From Schmidtea polychroa (lineage: Eukaryota), in contig CM097885.1 of assembly GCA_044892525.1 (NCBI GenBank), forward strand, positions 40,612,001 through 40,676,000: a stretch of 64,000 bases of DNA, read 5' to 3'. Shown piece by piece: positions 49,291-62,310 of this stretch. How positions within the stretch are numbered: the first letter of the stretch is position 1; each line of letters begins with the position of its first letter. The notes beneath the pieces were generated by a model that searched no databases, was not told where the DNA came from, and saw only the letters and a program-made list of their open reading frames with translations. The translations under genes and the position numbers were made by a program.

Positions 49291-49500
49291 ATCCCCAATG
49301 TTTTTACAATTGAAAAGTTCCCACATTTTATTCCCTCGGGCATATTCTTGATCACTTATATCCGTTTGATTTAATATTGAAAAGAATTCTTCTTTCTCTG
49401 GTGTGTGTGTGTAGAAAATATTTTAGGTTTTTAATATTGATAATAATAATAACGGTTGAGGGGTTGTGTGTGTAAACCATATTTTAGATTTTTCATTAAC

Positions 49501-49533
<33 letters not shown>

Positions 49534-49889
49534 TCCCGCGCTTGTCAATACTTTAAAAGAAAATATTGAAAATTTAAAAAATAATAATATTTATGCAAAG
49601 CATGTGCAATAATTATGTCTTTGTTAATTAAGTAAACTTTAGTGTCAAAATAAGTTTTTAAAATATTTTTAAATTTAAAATACCGCAACTTAATATATTT
49701 TTGTTCTACCCCTTCATTGATTTAAGTTGGTCAGAATTTAATAATAATTATATTATACCCTTTGAGACATGTTGAATGTGAGTAGTACACCTTTGACCAT
49801 TACCCATATGAGCAATACCCATAGAGGGATAGAATATTTTGTCGGATAGATTAAGAGTATATATGATAATAATATTCCCCGTGCGCGTA

Positions 49890-49901
49890 ATAATAATAAT
49901 A

Positions 49902-49968
<67 letters not shown>

Positions 49969-50083
49969 TATGTTTTATTACATTGTTTATTAATACCCTT
50001 GCGAGTTATTGAGCGTGATTCAAATTTCAATGATAATAATAATGATAAAATAATAATAATAACAATATTAATAAAAATATTAT

Positions 50084-50116
<33 letters not shown>

Positions 50117-50201
50117 AAATAATATTAATAATAATAATACTAATAATAATAATAAAATAATATTAATAATAATATTAATAATAATAATAATAATAATAAT
50201 G

Positions 50202-50262
<61 letters not shown>

Positions 50263-50265
50263 TAA
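49890..50265. repeat. (AAT)n-rich microsatellite region
   Basis: Pure and interrupted AAT runs. Confidence 0.9.
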
Positions 50266-50600
50266 TTCAACAATCAGTTACCAACAACTATCAGGTATTT
50301 ACAACTAGATACCAAGTACTTACAACTAAGTATTCTTTATTGTATTTTATCAAATGATTTTTAAATTAATTTTTTTCATCTGTCTTCAAAAATAATTTTA
50401 ATTACAATCAGTAGAAAAACCTTTTCTAAATGTCTCAATTTAACAAAAATGATAGAATTTCATCAAAAATAAATAATTGTTAACTCAACCACTTTAAAAC
50501 ACCACTTGGAATTGAGGATAATTTAAATTACAATAAATGACTATAGAATTCTAATTTACAAAAGATTCTTCTTTTAATTGATTACTACTGACTTATTATT

Positions 50601-53600
50601 AGTAGTGGGTATAATGGGAATCCTGGGACACGCCACCGTAGGAAACCGACAATTTAATGCTTTCAAGAATTCGAAATTTTTAAAAATTCAAACTTTTAAG
50701 ATTTCAAACTTTCAAACTTCAGAGGTAACGGGTGGCGTGCCACAGGACTCCCATTATACCCACTACTTATAAAAATAAAATATTTTGATTTTTTGATTTA
50801 ATGATTTTTTGATTTTTCGATTTAATAATTTTTATAATTTTATGGACTTGATAATTTTTATAAAAAATAAAAATATTTTTATAAAATTGGTTGGTGGTAC
50901 CCAAGAAAACCTAATTTAATGGTTTGACTTTGAATCAAGATTCAAAGTCAAACTTGATTCGAGGAATCTTAAAATTTTAAAATTTATAGACTTGATAATT
51001 TTTATAAAAAAATATTGTTTGTTTCTCAAACTTGTTTGAGGAACAAACTTATTCAAATGGTTGGGTACCCACCCAAGAAAACCTAATTTAATGGTTTGAC
51101 TTTTGAATCAAAGAATTCCAAAATATTTATGGTGTGATAAAGGAACAGAATTTTATAACAAAGTTTTTAAAAGTTTTTTGGAAGAAAATGATATTAAATT
51201 ATATTCAACAGAAAACGAAGGAAAAGCAGTCGTAGTTGAAAGATTAAATAGAACATTAAAAAATAAAATGTGGATATATTTTACTGCTATTGGAAAACAA
51301 AAATGGAATAATGAATTGTTACAAAAGATTGTAAATGAATATAATAATGATGTACATAGTTCTATAAAAGAAACACTCTTAAATGCTTCTAAAAATCCTG
51401 AAAGAGTTAAAGAAATAAATATTGAAAATGGTAGCGTTGATACAACACTTGAAAAACCAAAGTTTAAAATTGGTGAACGAGTAAGAATATTTAAATATAA
51501 AAATAAATTTGAAAAAGGATTCACAGCGAAATGGACAAATGAAATTTTTATTATAAATAAAATACATCATACAATTCCAATTATCATTGATTTAAATAAT
51601 GAAAAAATATTAGGTAGATTTTATAATAATGAATTTCAGAAATCAAGTTCAAGTCTGAAACAAGTTTTTCTGTATCTCATCCCTTTCTCTATCCAAATAA
51701 ATATAATTATATTTTTCTTTCCAATGATTATCAACAAGCATATCAAACATATTTTTATCAGGTTCAACATTTGAAAATAAATCAGCATAAATCATATTCT
51801 TATCGCGTTTATCTAATTTAAAAAATATGAAACAATTCGAGTTGTTTCTAATTGAATTTTTATCCAAAGCATAATAAGTCTGAGATATATAAATCACATT
51901 ACAATTATTATGGCGTCCTCGAGTAAAATAACTTTTTTGAATTTCTTGATTTTTCATATTTACGACATCATCAAATATAACTAGATTCCTTTTATCTTTT
52001 AAAGTAAATCACAATGTACGACATCTTCAGGTTTATTGAAGAATTGTTTTATCATCATTAACATAATCATTTTTTTTAGCAATGTTTAATTCCAAGATCT
52101 TTTCCTTGTACCAATCAACCATATCACATGGATGAAAAACTTCATCGGGACATCTGTGCTGATTTTTAAAAATATCGATGATTGCTTTTTTAGTTAATTT
52201 ATTTTCAAATCCACATTTCAAAAGTTGTAATTCTGGTTGGTTTATAGTTGTAGAATAAAATATTAAATTATTATTATCTAAGAACCCATCTTCAAGTAAC
52301 ATTCTCAAAAGAAGTACATTCTTTCCACAACCCAAAGATCCAACAATTAATAATCTAAAATTATCAGGAAATAATTCATTATTAAATTTACTTTTGTGTC
52401 GAGTTAAAATTGGTTTCCAATTTTGATTTAAAATATTCATTTATATTTAAAAATTTAAATATATGGAACTATTTTAATTATAAAAATTTAAAATTTTTAT
52501 AATTTTATTTATTTAAAAAGGCCACTGAAGAATCTCTGCAAGAATTAATTAATTCAAACAAAAATAAAACAGTAGTAATTGATGGCAAGGAATGTTTTGT
52601 TGGAAAACCTGTCAAGGAGCAAGTTCGTGAGAAATTAAAACAAGGTGGTATTTTACCCTTGGCTGCTTTAATACCAGCAATTATTGCAGGTTTATCTAGT
52701 GCTGCTGGAATAGCTGGTGGGGTTGCAACTACAGTTCAAAAATCTAGAGAAGCTCAAAAAACTGAATTAGAAAAACAAAAATTACAACAGGAAATTGATT
52801 CAATGAAAAAGAAAGGAACAGGTCCTACAAGTGTTGATACAAGTTTAAAGCTTGGAACAGGTTTATATCTTGATCCTTATAAAGGTAGAGGTTTAAATGA
52901 TTTTCTCAAAAATTAAATTTCAACATCTGACTTATCCACAAAAGAAAAGGATAATTTAAAAAAAGATATGCAAGTCTTTGAAAAATGGTTGTATTTGTAA
53001 ATCAAAAGATGGCAAAGGTGTATATTTGAAACCTTGGAAAGAAAATGGTGCATAAAATATTTTCTAATATTAATTAACTTATTGTATCATTTGAAGAATT
53101 CTCATCTTGATTTGAGTGAGAACCTTGGTTCGAACTCAAATCTGAAATATAAATTGGTATAACCTTTTCACCATCTAATTCATAAATATTAATTCTAAGT
53201 TGATTCAATCTTCCAAATTTTGACATGTGTTCAATTTTCATTGGATGTTCAAAACCATCCCAGAATAAAGTATCTTTTTCATATTTTTTATATTTAGATA
53301 CCCTCCAATCATGTTCTTCTTCTTGAGGATGCAAAGCTGAAAGTATTGCCCATAGAAAACATTTATTATCTTTATTTTTAACATTTTTTACATCTTTGGA
53401 AATAAAAGGTGTTAGAATATATGATCTAGGAATTGAGGGATTTCCTTTCCAATAATTTATTTCAATATTTTCAAATGAATGAAAACGTAAATCTGATTCT
53501 CCTAATTCTTGTTCAGATTGTTCTTGGGATTCTTGCATCTCTCGAATAATTTCTCTCATTGATTTTTTAAATGCCTTCATTGAATATAAATATTTATAAT

Positions 53601-54843
53601 TAATTTGAATCATAAATCTTAGAAGTTTGGGTTTGAGTGAGAACCTGTGTTATTTTGATTTGTTTTATTTGTTTGTCGACAATATTTTGCATTTATTCCT
53701 ATTTTATATTTTATAATATTAAACCTTGTACCCTTGAATTTTACAATAGAGTTTTCCAATGATTCTTTTATTTCTTGTTGGTTTGATTTAATGTATGAGG
53801 AAATTGTAATTGGTCCAGTTTCTTCACTACCAAATTCATCAATATGATTAAAATCATCCAAACCTTCAACTTCATCATAATCAGAATCTTCATCATCTTC
53901 TTCACATTCTTTAACATGTTCCTTTAATTCAGATTTAGTTTTGAATTTTGAATGAAATTTGAGACATGAAAATACTTGTCTTATTTTCTTTATTCCAATA
54001 CAATTTACAAAATGTTTTTCAATATCTTTCTTTATACTCGGAACAAATTTTTGAGTTGATATCATTTAATAAATTTAATTTCTTTAAATGATCTCTTGAT
54101 TTTTTATGTGAAATCAATCCTGTCTTGGATTTGAAATTTCTATTACACGATTCATAAAAATGACTCGAACCTTGGTTCGAACTCAAAACTTGTTTTGAAC
54201 TCTTGGCTCCTTTCGGACCATAACCTTGCTTTGTTAGGGTATCCAACATTTCTAATATAGTCATTATTTAATAAATGTTTTTCACTGGTTTATTTTTATA
54301 ATATAAAATTTCACAACTTCAAAAAACTTTGGGTACCAGTGAATTCACTAATTCCCAAAATTAAAAAAATTATTGTTTCTTCCACAAACTTGTTTGACTT
54401 TGAACCTTGATTCGAACTCAAACCAAATTATAAAATTTTAAAATTCCTCGAATCATTAAATCAAAGGTTTTTATTGGGTACCACCCAACCAATTTTATAA
54501 AATTCATAAAATTAAAAAATTTTAAATTCATCAAGTCCATAAAATATAAAAATTATAAATTCCACGAACCATTAAATAGGATTTTCTTGGGTACCTCCCA
54601 ACCAATTTGAATAATATATTTTTTTTATTTTTTAAAATACTCAGTACATTTTAAAAAATATTTTTTTATATTAGTAAGTAGTGGGTATAATGGGAATTCT
54701 AGGCAACCCCGCCTGTTACCTCTAAAGTTTGAAAGTTTGAAATCTTAAAAGTTTGAATTTTTAAAAATTTCAAATTCTTGAAATTAAGAAAGTCTTGAGT
54801 TTTAAGAGTAGGGTGGCCTAGGATTCCCATTATACCCGCTACT
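50601..54843. mobile_element. Duplicate of Polinton A with an extra ~1.2-kb deletion
   Basis: Same termini and ATTATT TSD; deletion joins ~645 to ~1835 of copy 1 at ATCAA microhomology. Confidence 0.93.
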
Positions 54844-55242
54844 ATTATTGCAACGTAAAAATTGCATTAAATAAATACTTATTGTTGATCAGTTTTATTA
54901 TATATACTCGGAGTTTATCCGACAGGATGTTTTGACCCTATCCGCCCATGGGTACTGCTCGTAAGGGTAATGTTCGTAATGGAATTCGTCGTAAGGGTAT
55001 TGGTAACAATCAGCTAGATACTCATAAACACCATCAAAACCCATCGAGAAATTGACAAATATCAACCTACAACTAACAACTAGATACCTAATACCAAGTA
55101 CATTACAACCAAGTACCAAGTATTAACAACCAAGTACTTACTAACAATTACCATCAACCAGCTACTAATTATTTTTAACTAAGTACCTACAACTAACTAC
55201 CATTACAACCAGTAACTTACGAGCATGTATTTACAACTAGAT

Positions 55243-57986
55243 CAGCTATGTCCAACCTGCAGCCCGCGGGCCGCATGCGGCCCATTCAATAATTTTGTGC
55301 CGCCCGTTTTGTATAAATATTTATTGTAATGAAATATCAAATATAAATTTTTATTGTAGTAAAATATCACATGTGCGTTCAAAATCTTTTTTAATGTGTA
55401 TTTATTTATTTTTTTTATACAAAAAAACGGTTACTTTTAAGATTTTTTTTAGTTTTAACACAAAAGACGGTTAAAACTTGTGTAAAAATTTTAGGCTTGA
55501 TAGTCATAGAAACCATTTTATGCACGATGACTATGACTTTCATGCATAAAATGGTTGCTATGATTGCAAGTAAAAAATTTCTACACATTCTTAAGTTGTA
55601 ACCGTCTTTTGTGTTCTTTAATCATTAAGTGTTTAGTTTTTGTAAAGTAAAGAATTTCATTATTATTTTATTATAATTATCGAACTCTTGTGCTAGCTTA
55701 AAAATATTTGGTATTTGTTAGGGATATTTAAATAATTAATTTATAAATAAAATATATATTGTATTATAAGTAAAAGTATAATAATTATAAATGCTGGCAC
55801 GCATAATTAGCATTATTATTTAATTAATTAATTCGTCATTTAAATCGGGTGTTTAAATAATACCAGATTTAGGCAATAATTTGTATTTGTATTTTAATTT
55901 AATAAATATTTGCAGATTACTAATTGGTTATTATTAACAGTATTTATTAAAAATATTGTGTGAAATATTGTGTATATATCAAAACGGAATCAAATATCAT
56001 TAAGTAAATTAATTTTTAATTTCATTTTTAATTTATTTTAAGGACTTTCTATCCATTATGTCTGATAAGAATAAAAAAAGAAAATTTGAAGATGAAAACA
56101 GACAATTTAAAATTGAATGGGAAAATTTATATTTTTACACGCAGGTGAAAGAAAACGCTTTATGTTCAATTTGTCGTCAATCTACCTCAATATTAAAATC
56201 ATATAATTTGAGACGACATTTTGAACAAAAACATGATGATTATAAAAAATATACTAAAGACGAACGAAAGTGAAATTAGATACACTTAAAGCAAATCTGA
56301 ATTCAGAACGAAATATATTTCATAAACAAACAATTCAATCTAATGCCATCGTTAATGCCAGCATGCGAATATCACACATTATTGGGAAAAAATGAAGCTC
56401 TTTTCAGATGGTCAATACATCAAAGAATGCCTTATTACTGCAGTTGAAAAAATTATTCCAGAAAAAGTTAAGATTTTTGGTCAAATTAGTCTATCACATC
56501 AAACTGTATCACGAAGAATTGATAACATTTCAACTGATATTTGTTCTACGCTGGACATGGTTTCTAAAGAGTTTGCTTATTTCTCACTGGCTTTGGATGA
56601 GACAACAGATATTAAAGACACTGCACAACTTGCTATTTTTATTCGAGGTGTTAATAGTGAAATGAGTGTAACTGAAGAACTTCTGGATGTTATGAGTTTG
56701 AAAGGCACATCTACCGGAAAAAATATACAAGAAGCTGTCGTAAAATGCACACATGGTCATGGTCTGAAATTAGCAAACCTAATTATAATCACCACAGATG
56801 GTGCAGCCTCAATGATCGGTAAAAATATTGGAGCCGTAAAATTAATTCTTGATTATAGAAATGCCATGGAAAAAGCTTCATTATCTCCGGACTTTTTTAT
56901 TTGTCACTGTTTTTTACACCTTGAGAATTTATGTGCGCAAGTATTTGATATGAACCATGTGATTCAGTCGTTATTAAAACAGTTAACGCAATAAAAAATA
57001 ATTCCTTGAAACATCGTCAGTTTCAAGATTACCTTCAAGAACTAGAATCTGAGTACAGTGATTTGCTTTTTTATGCGAAAATTCGCTGGTTAAGTCGTGG
57101 GAAATGTTTAGAAAGATTTTGGAATTTGAGAGAAGAGATTGGAATTTTTATGAATGTAAATGACCAAAATGTTCCTGAATTATATGATGAGCAGTGGCTT
57201 TTGGATTTATGTTTCCTTACAGATATTACTATGAAATTAAACGAACTGAATAGGCAGCTTCAAGGTGAAAACAAGTTGATCACAGACTGTTATGGAAATA
57301 TAAAAGTATTCATAACAAAACTGAAACTTTATGAAAGTCAATTAAAATCAAAAAATTCTGTCCACTTTCCATTATTACATATATTTAATTGTGACAAAAA
57401 AGATTTTTCTAAATATGCACAAGAAATTACCAATTTACTACAAGAATTTCAGGAGAGATTTTCATATTTAAAGAAATATGAGAATATATTTAATATTTTC
57501 CTATGTCCATTTGACATTGTTGTGGAATCAGCTCCAAAAAATTTGCATATGGAGTTAATAGATCTCCAGTCATCTTCTGAATTAAAATATATGTTTGAAG
57601 CCAATGATAAAGTTCAGTTTTATAAAAAATACATATGCAATGATAAATTTCCTAATCTAAGAAAACTAGCGATAAGCGTTACAGGTGCAATGGGTACCAC
57701 GTATCTTTGGGAATCTTTTTTTTCAAAATTAAAGATTGTTAAATGTTAAAGTCGTAATAGATTAACTGATGAAAATTTAAAAAACCAATTACGATGTGCA
57801 ACTTCAAAGATATCTGTGGACATAAAAAAATTATCTGAAAAAATTGAAAAACAAGTTTCACATTAAGTAATATGTATATGTAAAACATAATTTAGTTTGT
57901 AAAAATTTTTTACAATAAATAAATACGTGCGGCCCACATTATATTTTTATTTTGGCCCAGTAACCAATTTCGGTTGGACACCACTG
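55243..57986 (+). mobile_element. Duplicate hAT transposon (transposase pseudogene 56058-57866)
   Basis: Same TIRs, AACTAGAT TSD and transposase lesions. Confidence 0.93.
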
Positions 57987-60500
57987 AACTAGATATCAAT
58001 TAGTTACAACTAAGTACTTACAACTAGTTAACAACCAGATACCAACAACCGCATACTAACAAGAAAGTATAAGATACTAAGTACTAATAACTAACAACCA
58101 AATAATTAAAACTAGTTAGCAAGTACCAACTAGCAACACATAAAAATAATAACAATTAAATACAAAATATTCTTCATCAAATACATTATCTTCTTGTCAT
58201 CATCTACAACCAGATATCATATACAAACAACTTGGTCTCAAAAAACTAAATACTAAAACTTACAAGCAACAACTATGTACTAACAAATTGATCTTTAAAA
58301 GAAAAATACTCTTCACTTGAAAGAATTGGATGAAAAATTATTTGAACTCAAGGCATCAAAAACTAATTTCATAAAATTAATCACTTTAATAAAAATATTT
58401 TTAAAAGAAATTAATGTGGGGAAAATAATTAGTGGAAAATGGGGGGATATAAGTGATTAATTAGTGGAATATCGGCGAGTATAAATGATTAATTAATCAA
58501 ATATTGGTGGGTATAAGTGAGAGAGATATATAATTTAAATTATTTTAAACTACTTTACGACATAACAAGCCGTGACAATTTTATTACATAACAAGGCGTG
58601 ACTATTTTATTACATAACAAGCCATTAACAGTTCATATATTTCAAGAATTCTCTAAGAATTTTAAGAGGATTGATTGAATTAAAGGGGATATAACCTTAA
58701 GTGGGTAGAGTTAAAGGATATAGTTGGTTGGATATTGATGTTTAAAGAGTAGAATTATTTGGTGAGAGATCGGTTTAGATGGGAAAATATGATTTTTTAA
58801 GGGTGATGTTAGAAAAATATCAATGTTTTAAGATAAATTGAATTATATTAGTCAGTTATAAATCAATAATAATGTGAAATTATATCGTTTTATTAGGTTG
58901 TAATTTAGATTTATGGTTTAGAAAAATGTTTTATTAAAGTTTCTATTAATTATCCAGGGTTTTATTAATTGGTTTAGGTTTTATTGACAAATTTACTTGT
59001 TTTTGACAACGAAATCTTTAGAGATAATTAGGATTACATCAACTTTAAATTATTTTTATCTTAATTTAGGCGGACAACGACAAAAGTTGAGAAATATTGA
59101 CTTAAAACATCGACAACAACTAAAGAAAATTGATCTTTATTGGAAGAAATTTATCGGGTGATTTTAATTAGTAATTAAATCGATTGAATATCGGTAAAAT
59201 ATGATCATTTGAAGAAATACATTTTATTGAATGGATAAATTTAATCTTTTTATGCAACTGCTTAGTTATATTGTACAATAATATTTATTTTAAATTTCGA
59301 GTGATTTAGAACAAAAATATAAATATTACTGATTTTATCAATAGATCTAATAAATTATTAATGGTTAATGAGCAAATTAATTTTTTTGATGAATTTAGTG
59401 AATTATGTGTGATAATAGGAATTAAAGATATAATTATTGTCATTTAAAGAGATCTTAAACAATCCTATTAGTCTGAGGGAAATATATATATCCTTTAAAG
59501 GGTATTTATCAATAAAATATTTAGACCCATAATTTACTTATTTAACACATTCATTACTTTAATTTTAATATTTAGACTATAATTTACTAATCTGAACCCT
59601 TAATTTCCTTTAATTAAAAATTTACCACGCTTTTCAGTGTAGACCCCTTTTTTGTATTGAACATCCCAGGACCAAGGAGACCCCCTCAATATAGTCTGAA
59701 AAATCATGGCCTTTTTGTATTGTAAAGAATTTGTGGAGCGTACTGCTGCAGGGAGCTCTTAACTACCAAATATTATCGATTAAAACAACATCTTAAAAAT
59801 GATATAATAGTTGACTCAAACAAAACTAACATCAACTAAAACAAAATAAAAATTTTAAAAAAATTTAATTCTTTTTGATTGCTATTCTGCATTATTATTT
59901 ATTATTTTTTGCTATTTGATTAAATAATGTATTAATTAATTGCAATTCATTTATTAATTTGATATAATTTTATATAGTGTCTTAGTATATAGTTTTATAT
60001 GATGTAATGGAAAGGTGAACACGTTAACAAATATTTTGTATTATCAAAATACTTATTTTGATGTTTATGCCTGTTTGATTGTAAGTCTCCATTATTATCA
60101 AATTAAGTCTCTTCATCATATTATTTAATAAACATATACAATTGAATGTTTTAGATAATTAATAATTTTCATAAAAAATATAATTTTTTTAATAAATTTT
60201 AATAAATTTTACGAAAAAATATGAAATGTATGTTTGTTTAGTTTTTCTATATATAAAAAAACCGTGAAAAAATGTGCTTCAAGAGGTGTTCGTTTAAGTT
60301 CGTTGTTTGTTTTTCGAACACAGAAATCTTTCATAAAAATGTTGGTCGTCCGCTTCATTTCATGACACTGTATATAAAAGTCCTACCTAATTGAAATTAT
60401 TTAAAATAAAATATAAAGTAAAATAAAGAGAATAATTTAAATAGAAAAATTTATTCAGTCAAAAAATAAATAAAATAAAACTATTTTCTAATGAAAGTAA

Positions 60501-61553
60501 TTAGCGGACTATATGAATATTATATGTTGGCTTGTTGCTGCAGCAGTTGATCAGGATAGTCGACCGACTCAAAGTTTCTTCATGAATGATTTCATTATGA
60601 AAATATTTTAATAAATCCTTAGAAATTCTTTCCGAAGTAAATATTGACATATATTCGTGCTTTTCAGATTCTAATATAATCGGGATCAACTGGATCAACA
60701 TTTCATCCGAGCTCTCATGCATCTGCAAACGTTTGAAATCCTTTATTTGTTCTTCATTTTTCTCAATCGCTATCGTTCCAGATATTGATAGCTCATTAGC
60801 ATCATTGAGATCCACTTTGACATGGTTGGCCCTCGGTGTAGTTAAAACGTCCTGGAGTTCATTGGAAATGTCAGTAAACAAATATATTGACCGATTTGTC
60901 AACCGAATCGATTTTATGAAATTGAAAATCTCTTGTTTCAAAATGGAATCGATTTTATTGATTTCAAATCGTGATCCTTTGTTGAAAATTCGAATAAATG
61001 AGGTGCTTTTATCGAATTCTCCATCGATGGGTTCATAAACTGTTGCATAATGTTCAATTCTTGACTTGAAATCTTGAATGGCTTCATCTTTCGAACAATG
61101 TAAATAATCTCTTGTGAATAATTTGACTTTTTCAATATTTTCATTGATCGTATCTTGATCATCACATATAATTTCTAGATACAAAATGTCGATTTGATGT
61201 TGACTGACGGACATTTCAATCCAATGACGTCTTTCACGGGTCGTGTTAGTTGCGTCGTAAAATGCGATATTTCCGTCATGGTTTTCTAACCAATCAATCA
61301 TGTCATTCATTGCCGAATCGGCAGACAATTTACGAATCTTTTGAGCATCGCCATTGTTTCCATCGAAAAAATTATTTCCCGTGTACTCTCCTTCAAGTTC
61401 TCGTCTGTAGTTACCAACATTGAAGATTTGTGCAGAAATATTCAACCAGTTGAAATATTTACAAAGTTTTTTCGAAACGTATGATTTACCTCTTGCTGGC
61501 AATCCGATTAAAACAACAACGAGTTTTTTTCTTTCAATTGTAAATTTAGTCAT
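60501..61553 (-). CDS. 6-phosphofructo-2-kinase (PFKFB-like), intronless, degenerate bisphosphatase domain
   Basis: 350 aa; GLPARGKS, DATN, DFKSRIEHY kinase motifs; RHG phosphatase motif absent (RSIYLFTD). Confidence 0.88.
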   Translation of the reverse strand: MTKFTIERKKLVVVLIGLPARGKSYVSKKLCKYFNWLNISAQIFNVGNYRRELEGEYTGNNFFDGNNGDAQKIRKLSADSAMNDMIDWLENHDGNIAFYDATNTTRERRHWIEMSVSQHQIDILYLEIICDDQDTINENIEKVKLFTRDYLHCSKDEAIQDFKSRIEHYATVYEPIDGEFDKSTSFIRIFNKGSRFEINKIDSILKQEIFNFIKSIRLTNRSIYLFTDISNELQDVLTTPRANHVKVDLNDANELSISGTIAIEKNEEQIKDFKRLQMHESSDEMLIQLIPIILESEKHEYMSIFTSERISKDLLKYFHNEIIHEETLSRSTILINCCSNKPTYNIHIVR

Positions 61554-62249
61554 GATTAATAATAATAATAATAAATTAGATAATTAAACAAAATATTATT
61601 TTATTCCTTTTATACATTTTAAGGAAATAAATATAGAAAAATATTAATATTTTATTTATTCAATTAATATTGGATAAATAAAAATATTTTCATAATATTT
61701 TGATAATATTAACATAAATTAAAGTAATATGAAATTAAAATTAAATTGGACCTACATTAAAAATTTAAAAAATAATAAAAACAATTAAATTAAATTAAAT
61801 TAAAATTAAGTGAGAATAATATTAAAATAAAAATAAGTTTAAAATTAAAATTATGCTCAAGAAACCACGAATAATTACTTGGATTTCAAAACCCATAAAA
61901 GTCAACTACTTGACTGAAGTAAAACATTTTTAAAGAAAAATGACTAAGTATGCAGAAATAATAACTACTGAACCCACTTAACAATATTTCGGAGAAGATT
62001 ACGAAAAAACTTAACTACAGAATCAACAAAATATTTTCGGACCGAAACCACTAAAAATACAAGAAAAATTAACTATACCTGAACCAACACAAAGAATTAG
62101 AAAGTAAAAATTGATTGTATTTTATTTTGATATTTTATAAGCTTTAATATTATTTTTATAAAAATTTTTAGATTTACCGTTTTTGAAATACTACTTTGAT
62201 GAATTTTATAAATAGATTAGGTTAATTTCTTTACAATAGATATTTAGGA

Positions 62250-62310
<61 letters not shown>

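Larger units (their letters stand above)
39405..49401. mobile_element. Polinton element D, internally deleted, right end missing
   Basis: AGTAGT terminus with terminal cassette 39405-39616; gene order MCP-INT-(deletion)-protease-mCP-fiber-TM, convergent pPolB as in B. Confidence 0.88.
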
